A stretch of 63,951 bases of DNA, counting the filler, from an uncultured Methanoregulaceae archaeon (GTDB lineage Archaea; Halobacteriota; Methanomicrobia; Methanomicrobiales; Methanospirillaceae), in NCBI GenBank assembly GCA_964530035.1. It is 5 parts of 5 records of this genome, joined end to end, with 100 filler letters (N's around TTAATTAATTAA, not from the genome) between each part and the next. Parts side by side here need not be neighbours in the genome. Positions count along the whole stretch, not along the records: positions 45,084 to 59,781 come from CAZGXZ010000050.1; 4 more parts are not named here. One strand, 5' to 3'. Positions 45,085-54,969 of this stretch are shown piece by piece (the first letter of the stretch is position 1; each line of letters begins with the position of its first letter). A program made the position numbers and the translations under genes. The notes beneath the pieces are model-generated. The model searched no databases. It worked only from the letters and a program-made list of their open reading frames with translations, and was not told the DNA's origin.

Positions 45085-46476
45085 ATCCAGAACAACTGTT
45101 CAGGGTCAATCTATGTCGTAACAGTCAGCGGGCCGAACGGAGCCCCATTTGACCCACCCGAAGGAAAACCCCCTGCAAAGGGCTGCACGTCCTGTTCATG
45201 CGGCCTGATCGGCGGTGTCAAGGACCAGCCCTGTCCGTCGACGAACTGCTCGCTGGTTACCTGTGCCAAGAACCCGTGCAACAGCACGGGTGCCATCGAC
45301 CTGCCGTACAACGGCGGGTTCGAGGTGAAGCCCGGCGTCCCCTTCGACATGGTCGTCCCGGCTGACACGACTTATGGAGGGAACCTGGGTATCTGGGGCC
45401 GGAGTGGCTGCACGAGGTCGACCTTCAACGGCAACCACGTGAAGGGCAAGGAGATCCTGACCTGCGACACCGGCAACTGCCCAACCACCATCGAAGGGGG
45501 CTTCGATCCCCGGGGCGTCGTCCAGTGCGGTGGCAAGGGTGCCGACTTCCCTGCGACCAAGATCGAGATCTTCTTTGCAAACGCCGCCGACACGAAGAGC
45601 AACGACTTCTATGACATAAGCCTCGTCGACGGGTACAACCTCCCTGTCTCGATCAGGCTCGCCAGTGGTTTCTCCAACAAGAGCTGCGAGAGCGCAGACA
45701 AGGCATGGTGTGCGGGCAAGTGGTGCACCGAGTCGGGGGCAGGACAGAAGGACCTCAACACGCTCCTGCCGGACGAGCTGTCCCTTCTCGCCTACAAGAA
45801 CACGTCCAACAAGACCGTCGGGGTCCTGAGTGCCTGCAAGTACGTGGTGTACGACAACGGGACCAGGAACGGTGGCGAGAACACCTCGTACTGCTGCACC
45901 GGGCCAAACGGCACACCGCAGACCTGTCACCCCGAGAGCTGGCCTGCAGGCCTGCAGTCATCGCAGTTTTTCGAGAAATACTACCCCGACGCCTATAGTT
46001 TCGCCTTCAACGACGAATCGCACACCTTCCAGTGCAAGGGCTCGGACTCGTCCGTGCTGACGAATTATGTCGTCACCTTCTGCCCGGCAGAAAAGGCACT
46101 GGTCGTCCCGGCGTCTGTCAGCGACAGTGCCTGGGTGGACGAGAACGAGAACGGGGTCAGGGACCCGGACGAACCCGCCCTCCCCGGGGTCAGGGTGCAG
46201 CTCTACAACGCGAAGATGGGCCTCGAGAAGAGCATGGTGACCGGGACGGACGGGCGGTACCAGTTCACCGGCCTGGAGGAAGGAAAGTACTCCCTCAGGG
46301 TGCAGATCCCCCGGGGGTACAGGCTGACCATGCCATTCAAGGGTTCGGACCCGCACCTCGACAGTGACCTCCACCAGAAGACACGGATGGTCACCTTCAC
46401 CCTGAGGCCCGGAGACAGCGATACCACCCGGGGCATTGGCTTCGTCCCGTGCCGGAGCTGCCAGGGAACTATCTAA
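45085..46476 (+). CDS. Thaumatin-family protein with C-terminal SdrD B-like domain (5' truncated)
   Basis: Frame open from 45085: I.NNC, GGF.V.PG, IWGRSGC, CDTGNC, PAT..E, DFYDISLVDGYNLPVSI, SAC, YCC.G, FF....PDAYSFAFND...TFQC; then AWVDENENGVRD..E..L.GV.V.L..T..DG.Y.F..L..G.Y..DSD. Confidence 0.88.
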   Translation: MQNNCSGSIYVVTVSGPNGAPFDPPEGKPPAKGCTSCSCGLIGGVKDQPCPSTNCSLVTCAKNPCNSTGAIDLPYNGGFEVKPGVPFDMVVPADTTYGGNLGIWGRSGCTRSTFNGNHVKGKEILTCDTGNCPTTIEGGFDPRGVVQCGGKGADFPATKIEIFFANAADTKSNDFYDISLVDGYNLPVSIRLASGFSNKSCESADKAWCAGKWCTESGAGQKDLNTLLPDELSLLAYKNTSNKTVGVLSACKYVVYDNGTRNGGENTSYCCTGPNGTPQTCHPESWPAGLQSSQFFEKYYPDAYSFAFNDESHTFQCKGSDSSVLTNYVVTFCPAEKALVVPASVSDSAWVDENENGVRDPDEPALPGVRVQLYNAKMGLEKSMVTGTDGRYQFTGLEEGKYSLRVQIPRGYRLTMPFKGSDPHLDSDLHQKTRMVTFTLRPGDSDTTRGIGFVPCRSCQGTI

Positions 46477-46600
46477 ATCCCTTTTTTGGACCATTGCGGG
46501 ATTTTCAAACCGGAATGCGTGGGACGGAAAGCATGGGCTCCGGTAATCCCGGGCCACTACAATCAGACTGATTCTCTGTCGGGAGTCCTTGTCGTCCCGG

Positions 46601-47098
46601 TCAGGACAACAGCTGCATCATCATTGTGTCGACCGGGGTGAACCCCGACATCTCGTAGACAGGTCGTCCGGCATCGCTTGAAAAGAGGAACAACCGCCTG
46701 ATATCGCGCTTCCTGCAGAAATCTACGGCCTCCTGCGTGATCCGCCGGGCATAACCCATCCCCCGGAATTCCTCGTCGGTATAGACGCTGTGGAGAAATG
46801 CGACGACGGGCGAGGGGTCATGGGGGACAGGGACATAGCTGCAGATACTTACCGCCCCAGTGGACACGATACGGTCACCGCAGCAGACAACCCAGCCCCG
46901 GCAGCTCCCGTCAGCGAACTGCCTGTGCAGTTTCGCTGCATAGGCCTCCTCAAGCCGTTGCATTGCCGAAGGGTCGGTAGGGATGCCTCGTTGTTTCCAG
47001 ATCTCGACGAACATCCTCCGGTGCAGCACCGAGAGCGCCGGGATATCACTGGCATTGGCTGCCCGCATGACGGTCCCGGGTGCGTTTTCCATACCCAT
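46601..47098 (-). CDS. GNAT family N-acetyltransferase
   Basis: VYTDEEFRGMGYA acetyl-CoA motif A and GRPVYE..GF motif B. Confidence 0.88.
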   Translation of the reverse strand: MGMENAPGTVMRAANASDIPALSVLHRRMFVEIWKQRGIPTDPSAMQRLEEAYAAKLHRQFADGSCRGWVVCCGDRIVSTGAVSICSYVPVPHDPSPVVAFLHSVYTDEEFRGMGYARRITQEAVDFCRKRDIRRLFLFSSDAGRPVYEMSGFTPVDTMMMQLLS

Positions 47099-47178
47099 TG
47101 TCTGCCGTAATCAGATAACAACCCTCCCGTTGGGAATTCCGTGGCGGGGAGGGCGGGATACCTGCCATGTCCCGGGAT

Positions 47179-47270
47179 ACCGGCTTTGTTGAGCCCTATA
47201 ATTGGAATTGAAGCTGACGGAGCTATCACATAATGGGGTGAATAAAACTGAAGACATGGCGGATTTCAGC
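47179..47270. repeat. Extra copy of the ~90-bp right-arm module of the dispersed repeat
   Basis: ACCGGCTTTGTTGA..CATAATGGGGTGAATAAAA aligns with 47713-47800 and 30503-30592. Confidence 0.75.
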
Positions 47271-47339
47271 ATAATCCAAAAAACTCAATTTTAACGAATA
47301 ATTCTTCCTTCCCTATACTCCTTGTCAGGTAATCTGCTT

Positions 47340-47800
47340 GATTGAAGAAACGGGATCGGGATTATTTCAGACCTTCCAGAATGATTCCAGACCGTGCCGG
47401 ATACCCGTTGTATCACCTCTCCCGATATCCCATAACTGTCAACCCTTCAGTGGGGGCTTCGCCCCCACACCCCTGATAAGATACCCCGCCGCCGCCGAAG
47501 GGCGCCCCGGCGGCGGTCTCACGGCCCTTCATGAAGATTTCGAAACGAAAAAAATCCGCTGAAGACTAAAACTACCAAAATCATTCCCTAAACAACCCCA
47601 ATGAAGGAATCACCAACGGCTTGCCATGGCTATCGTATAGAGGGGTTTGGGGGGCGGCAGCCCCCCGTTCAAATCCCTCTCATCATCTGCGATATCAAGG
47701 TGAAACCAAAAAACCGGCTCTGTTGAATCCTATGTTTGAAATCGCAGCTGATTGAGTTCTTTCATAATGGGAGGATCAAATGAAAGATATGGAGGATCAG
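47340..47800. repeat. Dispersed non-coding structured repeat, copy B
   Basis: Colinear with 30125-30595 (offset 17,212 in the core). Confidence 0.9.
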
Positions 47801-47956
47801 GTATGAAAGTGCTAAAAATGGCCTCATAATACAGAAAATTTGGATGGGGTTTTTCATGGTCCGGGTATGAACTCCCGTTCATGTGCGTTTAAATAGAGCC
47901 AGGATACCCCCTGTTTTTTGTCCCGTCCCACCACCCAGACAGGGAGAATAGTGTTG

Positions 47957-49105
47957 ATGGCCAGGCAGTACCGGTTCCTGATCGTCCTCGTGATTGCGGC
48001 AGCCCTTGCGTGTGGCACGCTTGTACCCGTCGCGTGGGCAGCGGGTAGTACGGGAGAAAAATGCAGTGAGACGTCCACGAAGGTTACGGGGTACCTTGAT
48101 GACCAGGCGTACGAGACGTACTATATCGATTTGCCGTCGGGAACAAAAATCCAGACGATAAGGCTTTCGTCCGATTCAGACGCACTCATGAGCGTTTACG
48201 TCATGAAAGGGGCTCTCGCCGGACCCAGCAGCTCTGACGCGTCCGCCTCGGTCAGGAAGGGCAGCACGGAGGTTACCCTGACAAACCCGGCAAAGGATCG
48301 GTACTGGGTCCAGGTGAAGGCCACGTCCGGTGGCGGGTCGTACTCCCTTGCCGGGGTTACCACAACCGTGTCCGGGGGGACGAAAAAATCGTCGGCAACG
48401 ACGTTCCATGACGACTGCTGTCCCGAGGCGGTGCCTATACGACACACCGCAACCGAAATATCATGTCCTGCCGGCTCTCACTGGGCGTTCATGGACTGCA
48501 CCTGCTCCGGGGTGGCGAACATTTATGGCTGCGTGCGGGACGCAGGGGCAACCCCGCAGCCCACCCCGGCGCAGACCCGCAAAGCCCTTGTCCCGACACC
48601 AAAAAAGACCCTGACGAAGCGGATAAGTACGCCTGTTCAGACCAGGACGACTGTCGTCGTGACAAGGACCGCCGTTCCGACCGCGAGCCCGGCAAGAATT
48701 GCCGTGAGGCCTGCGACCGGTACGCTCGTTTCCGGCTCGGTGCCGTTTGGTGGGGACGGACGGTTCACCATCGACAACAGGCAGGGGAGCTCAGACGCGG
48801 TCGCGGTCCTGACCAGGTCGGGGAGCCTTGCCCCGGTGGCGGCGTTCTATATCAGGAAAGGGGATTCATACGAGCTCACGAGCGTCCCTGATGCCACGTA
48901 CACGCTCTACTTTGTGCTCGGGAGCGACTGGGACCAGGCACGGAAGCTCTTCCTGACGAACCCAAGGTACCAGAAAGTACTCGACCCGTTCCCGTTCACG
49001 AGTGACTGGGACTCGTACACCGTCGCAAGCGTGACGCTGTACGGGGTTAGCGACGGGAATGCCGCACCGCAGGGTGTGGGAAAGGACCAGTTCCCGGTGT
49101 TGTAA
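47957..49105 (+). CDS. Secreted protein: PPC-like domain + Cys-rich motif + PT linker + C-terminal beta domain
   Basis: Signal peptide; YYIDLPSG..D...YV.KG..E.V.L.NP....YWVQV....GG.YSL (PPC); TIDN..DAV..L..YIRKG..DATY.LYF..G.DWD. Confidence 0.75.
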   Translation: MARQYRFLIVLVIAAALACGTLVPVAWAAGSTGEKCSETSTKVTGYLDDQAYETYYIDLPSGTKIQTIRLSSDSDALMSVYVMKGALAGPSSSDASASVRKGSTEVTLTNPAKDRYWVQVKATSGGGSYSLAGVTTTVSGGTKKSSATTFHDDCCPEAVPIRHTATEISCPAGSHWAFMDCTCSGVANIYGCVRDAGATPQPTPAQTRKALVPTPKKTLTKRISTPVQTRTTVVVTRTAVPTASPARIAVRPATGTLVSGSVPFGGDGRFTIDNRQGSSDAVAVLTRSGSLAPVAAFYIRKGDSYELTSVPDATYTLYFVLGSDWDQARKLFLTNPRYQKVLDPFPFTSDWDSYTVASVTLYGVSDGNAAPQGVGKDQFPVL

Positions 49106-49178
49106 GCATATTCATCATCCCCCCGGGCGTCTTTCCCGGTCCATATCCCTTTTATCCCCGGAGCGTGGATCTCCTGCC

Positions 49179-49739
49179 ATGGACAAGGCATGGGGTATCG
49201 TCCTTTTCATCATCCTCGCCGTGCTGGCTGCCGGGTGCTCCTCGAATGGGGGTCCTGATGGGCAGGTCCCGGCCAGCGGGGAGACCGGGAACGCGGTCGG
49301 GACGATCGTCGTTAGTTCCGGGGCGTTGCTTGACAACGGGTCAATCGCTGGTGTATACGGCTGCCGGGGTGCAGGCACCCCGATGCCGGTCTCCTGGCAG
49401 GAAGAACCGTCCGGGACCAGGTCCGTCGTGCTCATCCTGGAGGATCCTGATGCACCCGGAGGCGTTTTCACCCACTGGCTGCTCTACAATATCCCTCCAG
49501 GAACCAAGAGAGCCGGAAATGAAACCCTACCCGGGGCCCGGACAGGGCTGAACTCCGCAGGAAAGGCCGCATACTTCCCGCCATGCCCCCCGGCCGGCGA
49601 GTCGCACCACTACCTCTTCAGGGTCTATGCTCTTGACACCCTGATCGACCCGCAGCAGCCCGACCGGGAGGCGGTCTTGAGGGCGATGAGCGGCCACGTC
49701 CTCGCAACCGGGTCGGCAGGAGGCATGTATTCACGGTGA
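49179..49739 (+). CDS. YbhB/YbcL family (PEBP/RKIP-like) lipoprotein
   Basis: LAAGC lipobox, EDPDAPGG.FTHW..YNIP, PPCPP..HHY.F.VYALD. Confidence 0.92.
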   Translation: MDKAWGIVLFIILAVLAAGCSSNGGPDGQVPASGETGNAVGTIVVSSGALLDNGSIAGVYGCRGAGTPMPVSWQEEPSGTRSVVLILEDPDAPGGVFTHWLLYNIPPGTKRAGNETLPGARTGLNSAGKAAYFPPCPPAGESHHYLFRVYALDTLIDPQQPDREAVLRAMSGHVLATGSAGGMYSR

Positions 49740-49965
49740 TGCAGATTGTTTCGCCGGTCGCCAGGGCTTCATGGAAAGTGACGTCGTTTGCAGGGAAGAG
49801 GTAGCAAACCCTCCCGGGCCCGGCCATTTCGAGGACGGCCGCTCTTGCGGCGTCCGTCAGGCCCGTCTCTGTTTTTCACGGAAACACGAGGGGGAGTTCC
49901 CTGGTTGATCCCGGTATACGGTCGATGAATCCCGGGATGCCTGGCGGTGCCTGAAGAAGGAGTCT

Positions 49966-50454
49966 TCACCTGGCCGGTGTCTTTGCCGCCGTCGCGTTCA
50001 CCGTGGTCCTGGGAACGCTAAAGCCCTTCGTCGGCTTTTTCGTGGGAGTCTTCACCGGAGTGCCGGTCATGGTGGGGGCCTTTGTCGTCACGGGTGCCTT
50101 TTTCGTGATTGCCGGTGTCATGGTCGCCGTAGGGGTGGGCGTGGGGGTCGCGGTCGCGGGCTTCGGGGTGAGAATGGCGTTGATGACGAGCGTCGAGTCC
50201 ATTTTTACGAGATTCCTGGCATTCCAGGTGAAATACCCTGCCTTGGGCAGGGCGATAACATGCCAGCCCGCGGTGACGGGGTCGATCACCACCGGGGTCG
50301 TCCCGGCGACCCGGTTGTCGAGGATGACCGTCGCCCCGGGCGGCGTCGAATTGATGACCAGTTTTCCCATGGTCGAGCCCGCACCTGCGGGGACGACAGT
50401 CATCAGGACGAGAATACAAAACATGCAGGCAGGAAAGAACACCCGGCGGTCCAT
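49966..50454 (-). CDS. Secreted PEGA-domain protein with Thr/Pro/Lys-rich tail
   Basis: Signal peptide; STPPGA.V.LD...GTTP..G.H.I...K.GY. Confidence 0.8.
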   Translation of the reverse strand: MDRRVFFPACMFCILVLMTVVPAGAGSTMGKLVINSTPPGATVILDNRVAGTTPVVIDPVTAGWHVIALPKAGYFTWNARNLVKMDSTLVINAILTPKPATATPTPTPTATMTPAITKKAPVTTKAPTMTGTPVKTPTKKPTKGFSVPRTTVNATAAKTPAR

Positions 50455-50578
50455 GGGGAAGTGGTTTGTCCATCATCAGCCATGAAGATGGATCATTGGT
50501 GGTGCCGGGGCCATACACAGCACGGCATTACAAGGGCGGTCGTAAGGGTTGCGTTTTCTTCCAATGAGAGCACGGCGC

Positions 50579-52147
50579 TCATACCACGAGCATGACCATG
50601 AGCATGGCCCCGGCCACCAGGGTCAGCACGATGACCACGGGCGCCACCTTCCTGATGACCTCGCCCTCGAGGCCGAGCTGGTCGATGACCGCCGCGGCGT
50701 TCACGATCTTCGCGACGGCGATACCCGACGCCACCCCGCCCGCGACCGCATGGGCCGAGTAGACATGGATGAAGTCGAGGTGGAGGACGTCGGTCGCCTT
50801 TTTCAGGATCCCATAGAACATGACGTTCGATGACGCTTCGCTGCCTGATATGAACGCCCCGAAGAGGCCGAGCGTCGGGCTGACAAGCGGGAACCCGATG
50901 CCGAAGACCAGGGCGAGCGTCAGCCCGATAACCGCGTTCATATTGTATGAATCAACCCCTGAAGCGAAGGTCAGCGTGTTGTTGATGACCGACTGGCCAG
51001 ACCAGTCCATGACGTAGGCGATGGCAAAGAAAACCATCGCGGCGAGCGTCGGGCTCCAGGCCCGTTTCAGCCAGAGGGTGCAGACCGTTCTTGCCTCGGA
51101 CGCAGACCTGACGAGGAGCGGTGCCGAGATGACCGTGCTGACAAGGACCCAGAAGTATGCCTGGTTCAGGAGCCTGATGTCAACGGACTTGTTGGCGACG
51201 ACGGGTATCTTCTGGAGGCTTCCGAGGAGGGTGTAGAGCCACCCCTGGACGGCGGGGATGCTTATGATGACCGCAAAGGCGATGAGGAGTATCCATGGGA
51301 ACGCCGCCTTCCAGAGCGGCATTTCATGGGCGGTGGAATGGCGGGGGGCCGGCTCTGCAGGTCTCCCCCGCATCCTGACCGCCCGCACCAGGAACAGGAC
51401 GGCAATGGTGACGAGGCCGGAAAACACGCCGACAAGGCCGATGGCCGACGCCGGGAGGACGTTGACAAAGATGATCGAGGAGATGCCAAGGCTCAGGCCG
51501 GCGGCAAGTGCCGTAAGGAAGCCCTTCCGGACGCCCTGGAACCCGTCGGCCACCCACAGCATCCCGAGGGCGATCCCGGTCGACATGACCGGCAGGAAGA
51601 CTGCGACGGTGCACCCCAGCAGCTTCGCGTCGAGGTTGAAGACGGACGCCGGCAGCGTGATCGGGACGGCGAGGAGGGAGAAGGAGGTCAGGGGGTCGTA
51701 CCCGAGGCAGGGGAGTGCGATGGCGGCGACCGGCGAGAAACCGAGCGCGAGCATGATCGGCGGCAGCATCGTGACCGGGGTGGCGCCGACCGAGACGAGG
51801 AACGACCCGAAGCCGACGTTCAGGATCATGATCTGCTCGTACCGTTCGGCGGCGATGGACCGTATGTACTCCGTGATCCGTTTGATCGCCCCGGTGATGT
51901 CCATCATGGTGACCTGGAGGATGGTCAGGAAGACCATGAGGGAGATGCCGAACGAAGACAGGACGCCGGCTATCGAGGCAAACAGGGCTATCTGGAGGGA
52001 AGTCTGGAAGAACATGACCGCGATTGCGACCGTGAGGAGCCACCCGATGATGCCCATCCGGGTGCCTCCCTGGCCCAGGAACACAAGCCCGATGAAAATC
52101 ACGGTAATCGGCAGTATGGCGAGGATGAACTGTATGGCGAGATCCAA
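50579..52147 (-). CDS. L-lactate permease (LctP) family transporter
   Basis: Many TM helices; ALGF.P..A, SFS.L..PI, LG..GAFISGS..SSN.MF. Confidence 0.8.
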   Translation of the reverse strand: MDLAIQFILAILPITVIFIGLVFLGQGGTRMGIIGWLLTVAIAVMFFQTSLQIALFASIAGVLSSFGISLMVFLTILQVTMMDITGAIKRITEYIRSIAAERYEQIMILNVGFGSFLVSVGATPVTMLPPIMLALGFSPVAAIALPCLGYDPLTSFSLLAVPITLPASVFNLDAKLLGCTVAVFLPVMSTGIALGMLWVADGFQGVRKGFLTALAAGLSLGISSIIFVNVLPASAIGLVGVFSGLVTIAVLFLVRAVRMRGRPAEPAPRHSTAHEMPLWKAAFPWILLIAFAVIISIPAVQGWLYTLLGSLQKIPVVANKSVDIRLLNQAYFWVLVSTVISAPLLVRSASEARTVCTLWLKRAWSPTLAAMVFFAIAYVMDWSGQSVINNTLTFASGVDSYNMNAVIGLTLALVFGIGFPLVSPTLGLFGAFISGSEASSNVMFYGILKKATDVLHLDFIHVYSAHAVAGGVASGIAVAKIVNAAAVIDQLGLEGEVIRKVAPVVIVLTLVAGAMLMVMLVV

Positions 52148-52530
52148 GGGTAACGACCTTCTGCAACGGACGAGGGAAAATGTCTGCGACCCAGCGGGAT
52201 AATCATATCTGTTTTGTGTCAGGCGGTTGCTGGCCGTCGCGTTTTTTAGTATCCATGGTTAAAAATGCCTGAAAGGAACGCCGGTAAAAAGGAGCATAAT
52301 TGAATGAATGGGTGAGACCGGCAGGACTCTCCCTGGATCTGGATTTCCCCTTACGCAGTAGTATTTGTTTCTTCAACCCGGCACGTGTAAAAGGATTTTA
52401 CTAAATGTCCACAATGGGCTTGATTGCGTTAATATATGCGCGAAAATACTTTTTCGACCATTACACGGTTTGAGGGTGGTCGCATATTCCAATACGGCAG
52501 GTCTAAATACATTTATTATTAGTATAAAGT

Positions 52531-54725
52531 ATGATCCGGGATAGTTCCCGTATTATTTGTCTCTTATTTATCATCGTATTTTTATTAACCATGGTTGTTC
52601 CCGCAGGCAATATGCCTGCGGATGGTGGTATACCGGCACCCGGCCAGGCCTGCGGTAACTCCCCCTGTTTTCAGAAGCTGGCGTCAGTATCCGCTCCTGT
52701 TCATGACATGAGCCTGGAAGAAGTCCAGGAATATATCAGGGAAAATCACCTTTCGTGGACGGCGGGATACACATCCATGTCGAATATCTCCTCACCTCCC
52801 CATGGTTTCGAAAGAAACTACGCTAACACCCTCACTCATGCTTCCGGTATCAGTAATGCCCTGCGATCAGGATCTCCATCATCAGATCCTGCAGAACTCC
52901 CGGTAGCTTTCGACTGGAGGAACAACTATGGCGACTGGACGACGCCTGTAAAGAACCAGTTTTTCTGCGGTTCCTGCTGGGCTTTGCAGCGATTGGAGCA
53001 TTCGAGTCGTACTGGGAGATCGTGAACGATGATCCGACCTTAAACCCTGATTTCTCCGAACAGTACCTCGTCTCCTGCAACCAGGACGGATGGGGCTGCA
53101 ATGGTGGAACACAAAGTGCTCTGAAGTACCTTGTTGCCACGCCTGGTGGAAGCGGGGGTGTTGGAACAATCCTTGAAACGGATTTTCCCTATGAGAGCTG
53201 GGATGGTGCGACCGTGTCCTGCAGGGACCTTTCGCCCTTCATACGGTACAAGGCAAAGGAAGGGACCACCTGGCAGTTCATTGAAGATACCAAGGGAATT
53301 CCCGGTGCAGAGAAAATCAAAGGTACGATATACCACTATGGGCCTGTCGTAGCCGTCATGCACATGTCGGAGGAGGTTTCCCGTTATTACAGTTCAGGGA
53401 TAATTGAAGAGCCTGCCAGTTTCACGTCCCAACCTTTGAACCACGCAATCCTTATCGTCGGCTGGGGCCATGACCCCGTGAAAAACAAGGGGTACTGGAT
53501 ATGCAAGAACAGTTACGGGACTGGATGGGGTGAAAAAGGCTGGTTCAGGATCTATTTCAATAACTACTATATCGGCACGGATGCGGCATATTTCAGCTTT
53601 ACCGATACAAGACCCGGCTCAATCTCGGTATCTTCGAACCCGCCGGGTGCGAAGGTCATCCTTGACGGCGTGGACACGGGGCAGCTGACCAACACCCTCG
53701 TGACTGGTGTTACCGGCGGATACCACTCCGTTCTCCTCCGGAAGGAGGGGTTCGGGGACAACGCGACGACCGTGTATGTCCACCCGGGGAACACCCGGAC
53801 CATCCAGGCCGCTCTTGTGAGAAACGTGCTTCCCCAGATCACCGTGAGGTCGGTCCCTGACAAGGCAGGGATCCGGGTTGACGGCATCGACACGGGGAAG
53901 GTTACGAATACCACCATCAGTGTCCTTCCCGGTGTCCATACCCTGACCGTTGAGCACACGGGCTACATCACCGCGACGAGGGAAGTAGTCGTCACCGGGG
54001 GGTCAACAACCGGGGAACTCTTCATCCTCGAACCGCGGGACCCGACACCCACCCCGACTACTACCATGACAACGACGGTGACCACACCCCGGCCGACGGT
54101 CACCGTGACCCCGGTCACGACTCCGGGCGTGGTCATCGGGGCGTACCCTCGTGAAGGACGCCCCCCGGCGAGGGTCCGGTTCTCTGACCTCACGCAGGGA
54201 GACCGTACCGGCTGGTTCTGGGCGTTCGGGGACGGCACGTTCTCCGAGGAGGAAAACCCGCTCCACACGTATGCCGAGGAAGGCGAATACTCGGTAAGAC
54301 TCACGGTGCAAACCAGTTCCGGGGCGATCTCGGCGGAAAAAAGCCACTATATCATACTCCGTTCCGACCTCCCACCGGCGCCTGAACCAACCGCTATACC
54401 GACCCGCCCCCCCTCCCCCTCCCCGACACCCACGCCTGCGGTCCAGCCGACAGCGACTCCAGCAGCCACGGGACCGGTGAAGGCTGAATTCACCGCATCT
54501 CCCCGCACCGGGCAGATGCCTCTTGAAGTGTCATTCACCGACACATCAACGGGCAGCCCGTCCCGTTGGTCGTGGGCATTCGGGGACGGCACGTTCTCAG
54601 ACGAGAAAAACCCCGTTCATTCCTACAGTGAACCCGGTGAATACGGCATCCGCCTCACCGTGCAGGGAGGGGGAGCGACCTCCACCCTCGAGAAGGCCGC
54701 CTACATCCTTGTAAAAGGGCTTTAG
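52531..54725 (+). pseudogene. C1A papain-like cysteine protease + 2 PEGA + 2 PKD, split by a single-base frameshift near 52984 (pseudogene or sequencing error)
   Basis: ELP..FDWR..TPVKNQ..CGSCWA in one frame; AAIGAFES..FSEQYLVSC..GCNGG..NHAI.IVGWG..YWI.KNS.G..WGE.G in another. Confidence 0.85.
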
Positions 54726-54969
54726 TGGCGACCCCTCCCTCCAAGTCTCCCCGGCAGCGTCCTCCCCGGTAAGGAATGCCCTCCCAGGTCTCATACCCGG
54801 GGGGACCGCCGTTCCCGGCTTTGGTGTAATCCGGCAGGAGAAATGCGACCGGGAACGGCCTGACGCTACGTCAGTATTCATATAGTACCTTGCAGATAGG
54901 TGCCAGAGAAGAAAGGAGAACACCAGGGTACGAACGGTACCGTGAAGGGATACCGCAGCAGTTCCGGCC

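Noticed and set aside
44367..46476. Secreted Cys-containing ORF before the gap and thaumatin ORF after it as one gene
   Set aside because: Separated by an artificial linker between size-sorted contigs; no evidence of true adjacency
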